Source of the DNA: Tagaea sp. | Lineage (GTDB): Bacteria > Pseudomonadota > Alphaproteobacteria > CACIAM-22H2 | Length of the DNA: 64,000 nt | NCBI GenBank assembly: GCA_965279525.1 | Contig: CBDIIB010000005.1 | Location: forward strand, 1,440,001-1,504,000 | Reading direction: 5' to 3' | Translations under genes and position numbers: made by a program | Notes under the pieces: generated by a model | Told to the model about the DNA's origin: nothing | Database searches by the model: none | The model's input: only the letters and a program-made list of their open reading frames with translations | Part shown: positions 51,566-59,873 of the stretch, in pieces | Position numbering within the stretch: the stretch's first letter is position 1 | Layout of the letters: each line of letters starts with the position of its first letter

Positions 51566-51735
51566 GTTGTCCGGGCGGGACATCAGGCTCCGACGTGCCG
51601 ATGGGGTGCCGGCGGTCTTCGCGAGGGGGCCGTCGGCACCACCTCGCCCCAAATCCACAAAAAATCTCCCAAAAATGAAGAGGCGCCAGGGGCGATCTTG
51701 CGATCGGCCGTTGTCCGGGCGGGACAAAGGGCTCC
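51566..51735. repeat. 26-nt imperfect direct repeat containing a hairpin (51566-51591 and 51710-51735)
   Basis: GTTGTCCGGGCGGGACA-tca-GGCTCC versus GTTGTCCGGGCGGGACA-aag-GGCTCC (23/26 identical). Confidence 0.85.
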
Positions 51736-52490
51736 CTGACGCCTCGCGAGGACCGTCGAAGCGGGCGTGCACGCCGCGCATCCGACACCACCGACACCCC
51801 GCTCTCGCGGACCGCCGGCCGCCCCATGGCAGCCAAAAACCCGGGTCTTCCCTCGGGGGGCCTGCTTCGCACGTCCGGTCAGGCCCTGGTCCGCCCGATT
51901 CCGTCCGCGTCCCCCCGACGAGGGCTCCGGCGGCCACGCGCGGCCATCCAGAACCCGAACCCGAGACGTCCGACCCTTGCCTGCAAACGCGGTCCCAGAC
52001 CTGACCCGGGCCTCGCGCGAGCTTCGATCGACGGCGCTTTGAGCACCTGCCTTTCGTGCCTCGCAGCCGGTCCGCCGGTCGCGGGTTCCTGAACCCCTGT
52101 GGTCCGCCCCGCCGTCACCGCCGTACCCGCCGATCCCTTGCGGGACCCTCGTGACCCCGACCGTCGGCCTGGATCCCCGCGCCCGCGCGGATCCGTCGAC
52201 GCCGTCCCTTCCCGCTGCACCGGCCTGTCCCCAGGGGAACCGGCCGGCCGTCTTGAAGGGAATGGAGTTGCCACCTTCCGCCCGGCTTGCGCCGTGCTTC
52301 CGGCGACCGCTCCGGCGCAACGCCCCGACCCCGTCCTTCCCGCGCCGCCACCCTTTCGGGGCCGGCTCCTGCCAGTGGATCGCGTCCTAGCTACCGGACA
52401 CGCTGGAGAAGGATCGCTGCCGTCTTGTCGCGCCTCGCTTTCGCTTACCGGAAACGATGGTCTCAAAGCCGCGCATCGCCGCCAATCCCA
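51672..52490 (-). ncRNA. Candidate large structured non-coding RNA (~800 nt), family unknown
   Basis: No credible ORF. The minus strand is G-rich with several GNRA-capped hairpins and helices that need G.U pairs on that strand only. A 12-bp closing helix is followed by a U-run. The 5' end is approximate. Confidence 0.55.
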
Positions 52491-52508
52491 ATCGCCCGCG
52501 CACGGTCA

Positions 52509-52575
52509 GAATCTTGTTGATGGAATCCCGCGTTGATCACAATCCACACACAGGCGATCCACAGGTCTGTCCACA
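52509..52575. promoter_or_regulatory. Cluster of DnaA-box-like 9-mers and GANTC sites
   Basis: CAATCCACA (52540), CGATCCACA (52555) and CTGTCCACA (52567) in the same orientation. GAATC at 52509 and 52523. Confidence 0.45.
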
Positions 52576-52728
52576 GCGTTTTGTTCGCAGCCGCGGTAAG
52601 CTTCTCGCCCGACGCGCCAAACCCATCAATTGACGCGCCGGTATGCAGGGTCTAAATCCTTAAGCCTGCCGGGAAGAATTGCGAAGGCCGTCGAATACCG
52701 GCCACGCAATCAGGAAGACCGAGGGGCC

Positions 52729-53148
52729 ATGGCCGCAGAATCCAAGAGTTCCGCCAAACCGCATCCGCGACCGCTATCGCCGCACCTGCAGGTCTACCGC
52801 CCGCAGATGACGTCGATCCTGTCGATCACCCACCGCGCCACCGGCGTGGCGCTGGCGGTCGGCACGCTGATGCTGACGTGCTGGCTGGTCGCCGCGGCGA
52901 CGGGCGAAACGCCCTTCGCGCGCGTCAACGCGTTCCTAGGATCGGGCATCGGCATGGTGCTGCTGTTCGGCTGGTCGGTGGCGCTTTTTTATCACCTCGC
53001 CAACGGCATCCGGCACCTGTTCTGGGATGCGGGCTACGGCTTCGACCTGCCGACGATGGAAAAATCGGGCTGGGCCGTAATCGCGTTCACGGCCGCCGCG
53101 ACGATCCTCGCCTGGGCGCTGGGCCTTGCCGTGCTGGGAGGGCGCTAG
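52729..53148 (+). CDS. sdhC: Succinate dehydrogenase cytochrome b556 subunit
   Basis: RPLSPHLQVY, SITHRATG and HLANGIRHLFWD. Confidence 0.96.
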   Translation: MAAESKSSAKPHPRPLSPHLQVYRPQMTSILSITHRATGVALAVGTLMLTCWLVAAATGETPFARVNAFLGSGIGMVLLFGWSVALFYHLANGIRHLFWDAGYGFDLPTMEKSGWAVIAFTAAATILAWALGLAVLGGR

Positions 53149-53150
53149 AC

Positions 53151-53543
53151 ATGGACACCGGAAAATCGCTCCGCTCGCCGCTCGGGCGCGCGCGCGGTCT
53201 TGGCTCCGCCAAGGACGGCACGCATCACTGGTGGGCGCAGCGCGTCACGGCGATCGCGCTCATTCCGCTGACGGTGTGGTTCGTCGCCAGCGTCATCAGT
53301 CTCGTCGGCGCACCGCTGATCGAGCTGCAGGCGTGGGCCGCCTCGCCGGTCGTCGCCGTACTGCTGATGATCCTCGTCGTCGCGACATTCCAGCACGCGC
53401 GGCTGGGTGTGCAGGTCGTGATCGAGGACTATGTCCATCATGAAGGGCTGAAGGTCGCCTTGCTGCTCGCGGTCAACGGGGCCTCGTTGCTGTTCGGCGC
53501 CGTCGCCGTCTTCTCGATCCTCAAGCTCGCTTTCGGAGGCTGA
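53151..53543 (+). CDS. sdhD: Succinate dehydrogenase membrane anchor subunit
   Basis: GLGSAKDGTHHWWAQR and HARLGVQVVIEDY. Confidence 0.96.
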   Translation: MDTGKSLRSPLGRARGLGSAKDGTHHWWAQRVTAIALIPLTVWFVASVISLVGAPLIELQAWAASPVVAVLLMILVVATFQHARLGVQVVIEDYVHHEGLKVALLLAVNGASLLFGAVAVFSILKLAFGG

Positions 53544-53546
53544 TCC

Positions 53547-55361
53547 ATGCCCGATGCTTCGTCCCCGTCGCTGGGCGGACAGGCCTACAAGGTCGTCGAC
53601 CACCAGTACGACGTCGTCGTCGTGGGAGCCGGCGGTGCGGGCCTGCGCGCCACGTTCGGCATGGCGGCCAAGGGCCTGAAGACCGCGTGCATCTCGAAGG
53701 TGTTCCCGACGCGCAGCCACACGGTTGCCGCACAGGGCGGGATCTCGGCGGCGCTGGGCAACATGGGTGCCGATGACTGGCGCTGGCACATGTACGACAC
53801 GGTCAAGGGTTCCGACTGGCTCGGCGACCAGGATTCGATCGAGTACATGTGCAAGGAAGCCATCCCGGCGATCATCGAGCTCGAGCATTACGGCGTGCCG
53901 TTCAGCCGCACGACCGAGGGCAAGATCTACCAGCGCCCGTTCGGCGGCATGACCACCGATTACGGCAAGGGTGTCGCCCAGCGCACCTGCGCTGCCGCCG
54001 ACCGCACCGGCCACGCGATCCTGCACACGCTCTACCAGCAGAGCCTCAAGAACAACGCCGAGTTCTTCATCGAGTATTTCGCCCTCGACCTCATCATGGA
54101 CGAGGAAGGCCAGTGCCGCGGCGTGATGGCGTGGAACCTGCTGGACGGCACGCTGCACCGCTTCCACGCACACCTCGTCGCACTCGCCACCGGCGGCTAC
54201 GGGCGTGCCTATTTCTCGGCGACCTCGGCGCACACCTGCACGGGCGACGGCAACGCGATGGCGCTGCGCGCCGGATTGCCGCTGCAGGACATGGAATTCA
54301 TCCAGTTCCACCCGACCGGCATCTACGGGGCGGGCTGCCTGATCACCGAAGGCTCGCGCGGCGAAGGCGGGTACCTCACCAACTCCAACGGCGAGCGCTT
54401 CATGGAGCGCTATGCGCCGTCGGCCAAGGATCTCGCCTCGCGCGACGTCGTCAGCCGCGCGATGACGATGGAGATCCGCGAGGGCCGCGGCGTGGGCAAG
54501 GAGAAGGACCATATCCATCTCCATCTCGAGCATCTCGACGCCAAGCTGCTGCACGAGCGCCTGCCCGGCATTTCGGAAACCGCGAAGATCTTCGCCAATG
54601 TCGACGTGACGAAGGAGCCGATCCCCGTCCTGCCGACCGTGCACTACAACATGGGCGGCATCCCGACCAACCACCGCTGCGAAGTCGTCACGATGAAGAA
54701 CGGCACCGCCACCGTGGTGCCCGGCCTGATGGCGATCGGCGAGGCGGCGTGCGTGTCGGTGCATGGCGCGAACCGTCTGGGTTCCAACTCGCTGCTCGAT
54801 CTCGTCGTGTTCGGGCGCGCGGCCGCGATCCGGGCGGCCGAGCTCGTCCAGCCCGGCACGCCGCACAAGCCACTGCCCAAGAATGCGGGCGATTCGTGCC
54901 TCGCGCGCTTCGACAAGATGCGCCACGCCAAGGGTCCCGCACCCACGGCCGTTCTGCGCGCCGAGATGCAGCGCATCATGCAGAACAACTGTGCGGTCTA
55001 CCGCACGGGCGACGTGCTCGCCGAAGGCTCGAAACTGATCGCGCAGACCTTCGCCAAGAACGGCGACATCGGCGTCACCGACCGCTCGCTGGTGTGGAAC
55101 TCCGACCTTGTCGAGTCGCTCGAGTACGACAACCTGATCGCGCAGGCGGTGGTCACGCTGGAGTCGGCGTTGAACCGCAAGGAAAGCCGTGGTGCGCACG
55201 CCCGCGAGGACTATCCCAACCGCGACGACAAGGACTGGATGAAGCACTCGATCGCGTGGCTCGACGCCAAGGGCAATGTCGATTTCGCCTACCGCCCCGT
55301 CGTGCTGACCTCGCTGACCAACGAAGTGCAGTCCTTCCCGCCCAAGGCGCGCGTCTACTGA
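53547..55361 (+). CDS. sdhA: Succinate dehydrogenase flavoprotein subunit
   Basis: [16 protein letters not shown] (covalent FAD His), QFHPTG, HYNMGG and [10 protein letters not shown]. Confidence 0.98.
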   Translation: MPDASSPSLGGQAYKVVDHQYDVVVVGAGGAGLRATFGMAAKGLKTACISKVFPTRSHTVAAQGGISAALGNMGADDWRWHMYDTVKGSDWLGDQDSIEYMCKEAIPAIIELEHYGVPFSRTTEGKIYQRPFGGMTTDYGKGVAQRTCAAADRTGHAILHTLYQQSLKNNAEFFIEYFALDLIMDEEGQCRGVMAWNLLDGTLHRFHAHLVALATGGYGRAYFSATSAHTCTGDGNAMALRAGLPLQDMEFIQFHPTGIYGAGCLITEGSRGEGGYLTNSNGERFMERYAPSAKDLASRDVVSRAMTMEIREGRGVGKEKDHIHLHLEHLDAKLLHERLPGISETAKIFANVDVTKEPIPVLPTVHYNMGGIPTNHRCEVVTMKNGTATVVPGLMAIGEAACVSVHGANRLGSNSLLDLVVFGRAAAIRAAELVQPGTPHKPLPKNAGDSCLARFDKMRHAKGPAPTAVLRAEMQRIMQNNCAVYRTGDVLAEGSKLIAQTFAKNGDIGVTDRSLVWNSDLVESLEYDNLIAQAVVTLESALNRKESRGAHAREDYPNRDDKDWMKHSIAWLDAKGNVDFAYRPVVLTSLTNEVQSFPPKARVY

Positions 55362-55387
55362 AGTTCCCGAAAGGCTGAGCGATCCCC

Positions 55388-56164
55388 ATGGCCGAATTCA
55401 CGCTTCCCGCCAACTCGAAGGTCCAGACCGGCAAGACGTTCCCGCCGCCGGCCGGCGCCACGCGGACCAAGACGTTCAAGATCTACCGCTGGGACCCGGA
55501 CACGGGTGCGAACCCGCGCGTCGATGTCTACACGCTCGATCTCGACCAGACCGCGCCGATGGTTCTCGACGCGCTGATCAAGATCAAGAACGAGATCGAC
55601 CCGACGCTGACCTTCCGCCGCTCGTGCCGCGAGGGCGTGTGCGGGTCGTGCGCGATGAACATCGACGGCACCAACACGCTCGCCTGCACCAAGGGCATCG
55701 ACGAGTGTGCCGGCGACGTGAAGATCTATCCCTTGCCGCACATGCCGGTCATCAAGGACCTGGTGCCCGATCTCAGCCAGGCCTACGCGCAGCTGCGCTC
55801 GATCGAGCCGTGGCTGAAGAGCGAGACGCCGCCGCCCGACCGCGAGCGCCCGCAGAGCCCGGAAGAGCGCGCCAAGCTCGACGGCATGTGGGAATGCATC
55901 CTGTGCTTCTGCTGCTCGACCTCGTGCCCGAGCTACTGGTGGAACGCCGACCGCTATCTGGGGCCGGCCGTGCTGCTGCAGGCCTATCGCTGGATCGCCG
56001 ACAGCCGCGACGAGGCGACGGGCGAACGGCTCGACAATCTCGAGGATCCGTTCCGCCTCTATCGCTGCCACACGATCATGAACTGCACGAAGACGTGCCC
56101 GAAGAGCCTCAACCCCGCCAAGGCGATCGCCGAGATCAAGAAGCTGATGATCGCGCGCCAGTAA
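55388..56164 (+). CDS. sdhB: Succinate dehydrogenase iron-sulfur subunit
   Basis: [22 protein letters not shown] and [12 protein letters not shown]. Confidence 0.98.
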   Translation: MAEFTLPANSKVQTGKTFPPPAGATRTKTFKIYRWDPDTGANPRVDVYTLDLDQTAPMVLDALIKIKNEIDPTLTFRRSCREGVCGSCAMNIDGTNTLACTKGIDECAGDVKIYPLPHMPVIKDLVPDLSQAYAQLRSIEPWLKSETPPPDRERPQSPEERAKLDGMWECILCFCCSTSCPSYWWNADRYLGPAVLLQAYRWIADSRDEATGERLDNLEDPFRLYRCHTIMNCTKTCPKSLNPAKAIAEIKKLMIARQ

Positions 56165-56202
56165 CGGCGCAGGCACGCCGAAAGAAAACGGGCGCACAAA
56201 AG

Positions 56203-56240
56203 AAAACGGGCGGGACCTTTTCCAGGTCCCGCCCGTATTT
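56203..56240. terminator. Bidirectional intrinsic terminator after sdhB
   Basis: AAA-ACGGGCGGGACCT-TTTCC-AGGTCCCGCCCGT-ATTT, a 13-bp perfect stem. Confidence 0.8.
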
Positions 56241-56260
56241 CGTTGCGGCCGACGGTATTG

Positions 56261-56374
56261 CTATTCGGCCTGCTGGGCTGGCGCCTGGGCGCGCGCCTTG
56301 CCGTCTTCGGCCATCATCTGGAGGCCGGCGACGCCAAGGGTGAAGGCGAGAATGAGAAGGGCGAAAAGACGCAT
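56261..56374 (-). CDS. Putative small exported/membrane peptide (37 aa, below the ORF-track cutoff)
   Basis: MRLFALLILAFTLGVAGLQMMAEDGKARAQAPAQQAE*. GGAG upstream; ends just before the terminator. Confidence 0.5.
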   Translation of the reverse strand: MRLFALLILAFTLGVAGLQMMAEDGKARAQAPAQQAE

Positions 56375-56390
56375 CGGGGCCGGCTCCGGC

Positions 56391-56636
56391 TCAGGGGTAA
56401 CGGACGAGCTTCCAGACGCACGACTTCTTGTCGTACGCCGGCATGCGCGTGCCCTTCGGGAACGACGAGCGGCCCGATGGGGTTCCCTGGCTTTCCCAGA
56501 TCCCGCTTTCCGGGCAGGTCTGGCCGGTCACGATCAGCGTGCCGATCGGCATCTTGTTGGACGGTGCGGCCCCGGGCTTCCCCGGCATGCCTGGTCTGGG
56601 TGGTAGTGCCATTGCATTCCTCTGGCGGCCGAACAT
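56391..56636 (-). CDS. Small hypothetical protein (81 aa) with a TGxxCPESGxW motif
   Basis: GAAAGG RBS and strong upstream promoter. Pro/Gly-rich N-terminus followed by TGQTCPESGIW...KGTRMP...WKLVRY. Confidence 0.7.
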   Translation of the reverse strand: MFGRQRNAMALPPRPGMPGKPGAAPSNKMPIGTLIVTGQTCPESGIWESQGTPSGRSSFPKGTRMPAYDKKSCVWKLVRYP

Positions 56637-56708
56637 GGACTGGCCTTTCTTTTTAGTCAGATAGGCTAGATTCTCGAAACGCACAACATCGAAGCGGATT
56701 TAAAGAAT

Positions 56709-56735
56709 ATTATACCAGATTCGTTAATAGGTCAA
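56709..56735 (-). promoter_or_regulatory. sigma70-type promoter with extended -10
   Basis: Minus strand reads TTGACC...GAATC-TGG-TATAAT (TGn-TATAAT) in an AT-rich patch. Confidence 0.65.
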
Positions 56736-56779
56736 CTCAGCCAGCCGCTTCAACCTTTTGAAAAACATACAAATTATGC

Positions 56780-57259
56780 TCAGCTTCGGGGATTCCGGCG
56801 CTTCGGCACGGAATATTTGCGCGGTAAAAGCACGTCCACGGGCACCCCGACCGGTCCGTCCTCGCCGGGAACGATGACCTTGGAGCCCGGTGCGAAATCC
56901 GAAAGCATCTCGCGGCAGATGCCGCACGGGCTGACGATGCGGATCGTGCGGTCGCTCTCGGCCGGGCGCGGATGGCGCACCGACACGATCGTCTCGATGT
57001 CGCTCTCGCCCTCGGCGATGGCGCGGCCCAGCGCCACGGCTTCCGCGCACACCGACGCGCGGCCGACATAGGTGTCGAGATGGACGGCCGTGTAGACGCG
57101 CCCCGAGCGCGTGCGCAGTGCCGAGCCGATATGATGGCGGTTCTCGGAATAGAGCCTGGCGATCGCGGCGCGCGCTGCCTCCACCAGTTCGAGATCGGCG
57201 GCAGTGACCGGCGTGCCGCCACCATTGCCGTTGGGGCCTTCGTCGTTCTCCCTGCTCAT
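56780..57259 (-). CDS. Cytidine deaminase family protein (blasticidin S deaminase-like)
   Basis: VCAEAVALG and SPCGICRE (Cys3 zinc site). ATGA-coupled to the upstream gene. Confidence 0.85.
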   Translation of the reverse strand: MSRENDEGPNGNGGGTPVTAADLELVEAARAAIARLYSENRHHIGSALRTRSGRVYTAVHLDTYVGRASVCAEAVALGRAIAEGESDIETIVSVRHPRPAESDRTIRIVSPCGICREMLSDFAPGSKVIVPGEDGPVGVPVDVLLPRKYSVPKRRNPRS

Positions 57260-57657
57260 TCGGCCAGCGACTCCAGATGTTCCATGTCGTCGTCGGAAAA
57301 GCCGAAATGGTGGCCGATCTCGTGGATCATCACGTGGCGCACGAGCGTGTAGAGATCCTCGCCGGTCTCGCACCAGTAGTCGAGCAGCGGCCGGCGGTAG
57401 AGGAAGATCATGTCGGGCTGGGTGCGCAACGTGGACGTGGATTCGCGGATCATGTCGACGCCGCGATAGAGGCCCATGATCTCCCACGGGCTCTCCAGGT
57501 CCATCTCCTTCTCGGTCTCCTCGTCGCAGAAATCCTCGACGCGCAGCACGATGTTGCCGGCATGCTTGCGCAGTTCGGCCGGAATCGTCGTCATCGCCTT
57601 TTCGGCGAGACGTTCGATCTCGGCAAGATCGGGTGCTGGACGCGGCGGCTCGGACAT
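57256..57657 (-). CDS. Minimal zincin metallopeptidase family protein
   Basis: [15 protein letters not shown] and HEIGHHFG. Confidence 0.9.
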   Translation of the reverse strand: MSEPPRPAPDLAEIERLAEKAMTTIPAELRKHAGNIVLRVEDFCDEETEKEMDLESPWEIMGLYRGVDMIRESTSTLRTQPDMIFLYRRPLLDYWCETGEDLYTLVRHVMIHEIGHHFGFSDDDMEHLESLAE

Positions 57658-57721
57658 GATCGGCTCGAAGCCTAGCGCGCGGCGAACGGCCGTGCCAAGC
57701 GACGTCGGGGGAGAAGCAGGC

Positions 57722-58009
57722 ATGGCCGGACGACTTCAGGGGCCCGCACGCAACGAAGCGCTTGCCGGGCTCGACGGCTGGGCGGAACTGCCCGACCGCG
57801 ACGCGATCGCGAAATCCTACAGGTTCGCGGATTTCAACGCCGCCTTCGCCTTCATGACGCGCGTGGCGCTGAAGGCCGAGAAGATGGATCACCATCCCGA
57901 GTGGTTCAACGTCTACAGCAAAGTCGATGTCGTGCTGTCCACGCACGATGCCGGCGGGCTGACGATGCGCGACATCGAGTTGGCGAAGTTTATGGACGGG
58001 GTTGCCTGA
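57722..58009 (+). CDS. phhB: Pterin-4-alpha-carbinolamine dehydratase
   Basis: [14 protein letters not shown] and THDAGGLT. Confidence 0.93.
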   Translation: MAGRLQGPARNEALAGLDGWAELPDRDAIAKSYRFADFNAAFAFMTRVALKAEKMDHHPEWFNVYSKVDVVLSTHDAGGLTMRDIELAKFMDGVA

Positions 58010-58012
58010 CGT

Positions 58013-58603
58013 TCAGACGGGCGCCAGCCGCGCGCTCGGATGCACGAGCGGCTTGTACCCGGCCTTCAGCACCGCGACCGTGCCTTCGGGCGTCAGCGCT
58101 TCGATCTGGCCTTCGGGGATTTCCGCCGGCGTGTAGCCGGTGTGCGACCAGCGCCACGCCTTGGCGTCCCATTTGAGATACGCCGCATCGTCGTGCGCGT
58201 ACATGGCCCCATCGGGCAGCTCGCCGAAGGTCGCGGGCCACGGGCGGCGGCGGTCGGCGGCGAGCGCGTTGTCGAGCTTCGTCGCGTCGGCCTTCTTGCC
58301 GGGCCACAGCTTCAGGAAACTGTCATAGGCCGCGCGCCGGCATTCGGCGCACGGGCGATGGCCGGCGGCCAGCGCCGTCACCTCGTCGAGGAAGAACAGC
58401 TCGGTATAGTGGCCGGGCTGCATGATGCGCCGCTTGCGGCCCTTGAAGGCGAGCTGGCAGATCAGCCAGCGCTTCTCGCGCGTCGCCTCGACCTCGAGGA
58501 CGCGCCCTTCGCCGTGCAGGCAGCCGCGATTGCCCATCAAAAGGCCGCGCGCGGGATCGGCCTCGATCGTCGAGAAGGGCGTGACGCGGTTGCGCAGCGT
58601 CAT
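58013..58603 (-). CDS. Hypothetical protein with an Ada-like Cys motif
   Basis: NRVTP, GNRGCLH and YTELFFLDEVTALAAGHRPCAECRR. ATGA-coupled to the SDR gene. Confidence 0.8.
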   Translation of the reverse strand: MTLRNRVTPFSTIEADPARGLLMGNRGCLHGEGRVLEVEATREKRWLICQLAFKGRKRRIMQPGHYTELFFLDEVTALAAGHRPCAECRRAAYDSFLKLWPGKKADATKLDNALAADRRRPWPATFGELPDGAMYAHDDAAYLKWDAKAWRWSHTGYTPAEIPEGQIEALTPEGTVAVLKAGYKPLVHPSARLAPV

Positions 58604-59361
58604 TTGGGTCCCATGCGGATGGCGCCGTCGAGGCGCACGGTCTCGCCGTTCAGCATCGTGTTGGCCAGGAAGTGCATCACGAGGGCCGCGTACTCGTCCG
58701 GCCGGCCGAAGCGCGACGGGAACGGCACCTGTGCGGCGAGGCTGTCCTGCACGGGCTGCGGCATGCCCAGCAGCATCGGCGTGCCGAACAGGCCGGGGGC
58801 GATCGTCATGACGCGGATGCCCGACTTGGCGAACTCGCGCGCGGCGGGCAGCGTCAGCGCCGCGACCCCGCCCTTCGACGCGGCATAGGCCGCCTGGCCG
58901 ATCTGCCCTTCGAACGCGGCGACCGAGGCGGTCATCACGACAAGGCCGCGTTCGCCGTCGGCGTTGGCGCCAAGCGCCTGCATGTCGGCGGCCGCGAGGC
59001 GCATCATGTTGAAGGTGCCGATCAGGTTGATCTCGATCGTGCGGCGGAACGCGTCCAGCGCCATCGGACCTTCCTTGCCGACGATGCGCGCGGCCGGGGC
59101 CACGCCCGCACAATTGACCAGCACGCGCGCCGCCCCGTGCGCCTCGCGCGCCTGTTTCACGCACGCGGTCGCGGCATCGGCCGACGACACGTCGCAGGCA
59201 AGGGCGAGCCCGCCGATCTCGGCAGCCACGCGCTTTGCCGCATCGAGATTGACGTCGAGGACGGCGACTTTCGCACCCGCCTTGGCAAGGGCGCGCGCCG
59301 TGCCTTCGCCGAGGCCCGAGCCGCCGCCCGTCACGATCGCCGCTTCGCCCTTGATGTCCAT
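58600..59361 (-). CDS. SDR, type II 3-hydroxyacyl-CoA dehydrogenase-like (HSD17B10-like)
   Basis: TGGGSGLG, NCAG, ASVAAFEGQIGQAAYAASKGG and LNGETVRLDGAIRM. Confidence 0.93.
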   Translation of the reverse strand: MDIKGEAAIVTGGGSGLGEGTARALAKAGAKVAVLDVNLDAAKRVAAEIGGLALACDVSSADAATACVKQAREAHGAARVLVNCAGVAPAARIVGKEGPMALDAFRRTIEINLIGTFNMMRLAAADMQALGANADGERGLVVMTASVAAFEGQIGQAAYAASKGGVAALTLPAAREFAKSGIRVMTIAPGLFGTPMLLGMPQPVQDSLAAQVPFPSRFGRPDEYAALVMHFLANTMLNGETVRLDGAIRMGPK

Positions 59362-59429
59362 GGCTTGATTCCTTCCGCGTGGCGGTCCAGTTTCCAGCTC
59401 CCTCCTAGCGGATTCGAGGATGGCCGCCA

Positions 59430-59873
59430 ATGACCGCATTTTCACTCGCCGGCGTGCCGCGTGCGGCCGTCTGGCTCGGCTTCGGCGGGCTGCTGCCGTT
59501 CTGGCTCGCGGTCGCCGCGATCTGGGCGAACCCGGAGGCGGCGTCGTTCGCCCTCTCGGCACAGCTTGCCTATGGCGCCGTCATCCTGTCGTTCCTGGGC
59601 GGCGTGCACTGGGGGCGCGCCCTCGCGGGTCCCGGGGAGCCGGTGCCGGGCTGGAGCGTGGTGCCGGCCTTGCTGGGCTGGCTTGCCGCCGCGTGGATGG
59701 AGCCGGCGCCGGCGCTGATCCTGCTGATCGTCGGCTTCTGGGCCGCGTTCACCGTGGACATGCGCGCCGTCGCCGCGGGCCGCTTTCCGGGCTGGTACCT
59801 GCAATTGCGCCGGCCCTTGTCGGCACTCGTGGTGCTGGCCCTCGCCTTCAGTCTGCTGGCGGTCTGGTCCTGA
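59430..59873 (+). CDS. DUF3429-like membrane protein
   Basis: LGFGGLLPF, YGAVILSFLGGVHWG and PGWYLQLR. Confidence 0.85.
   Translation: MTAFSLAGVPRAAVWLGFGGLLPFWLAVAAIWANPEAASFALSAQLAYGAVILSFLGGVHWGRALAGPGEPVPGWSVVPALLGWLAAAWMEPAPALILLIVGFWAAFTVDMRAVAAGRFPGWYLQLRRPLSALVVLALAFSLLAVWS

Noticed and set aside
51672-52490. RNase P RNA, tmRNA, SRP, rRNA fragment or group II intron as the identity of the candidate RNA
   Set aside because: I found no GAGGAAAGUCC P4 motif, tRNA-like ends, SRP loop or domain V signature by eye. An Rfam search is still needed.
51302-52536. ORFs predicted in the rlmD-sdhC gap
   Set aside because: Arg/Pro/Gly-rich with no motifs, no clear RBS and no host-like codon pattern.
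52500-52620. Chromosomal replication origin
   Set aside because: The boxes are degenerate and few, there is no clear AT-rich unwinding element, and none of the usual oriC-linked genes (hemE, dnaA, parAB) is in the window.
56181-56212. 14-nt direct repeat AAAGAAAACGGGCG before the sdh terminator
   Set aside because: Most simply a local duplication of the terminator's left flank, with no sign of function.
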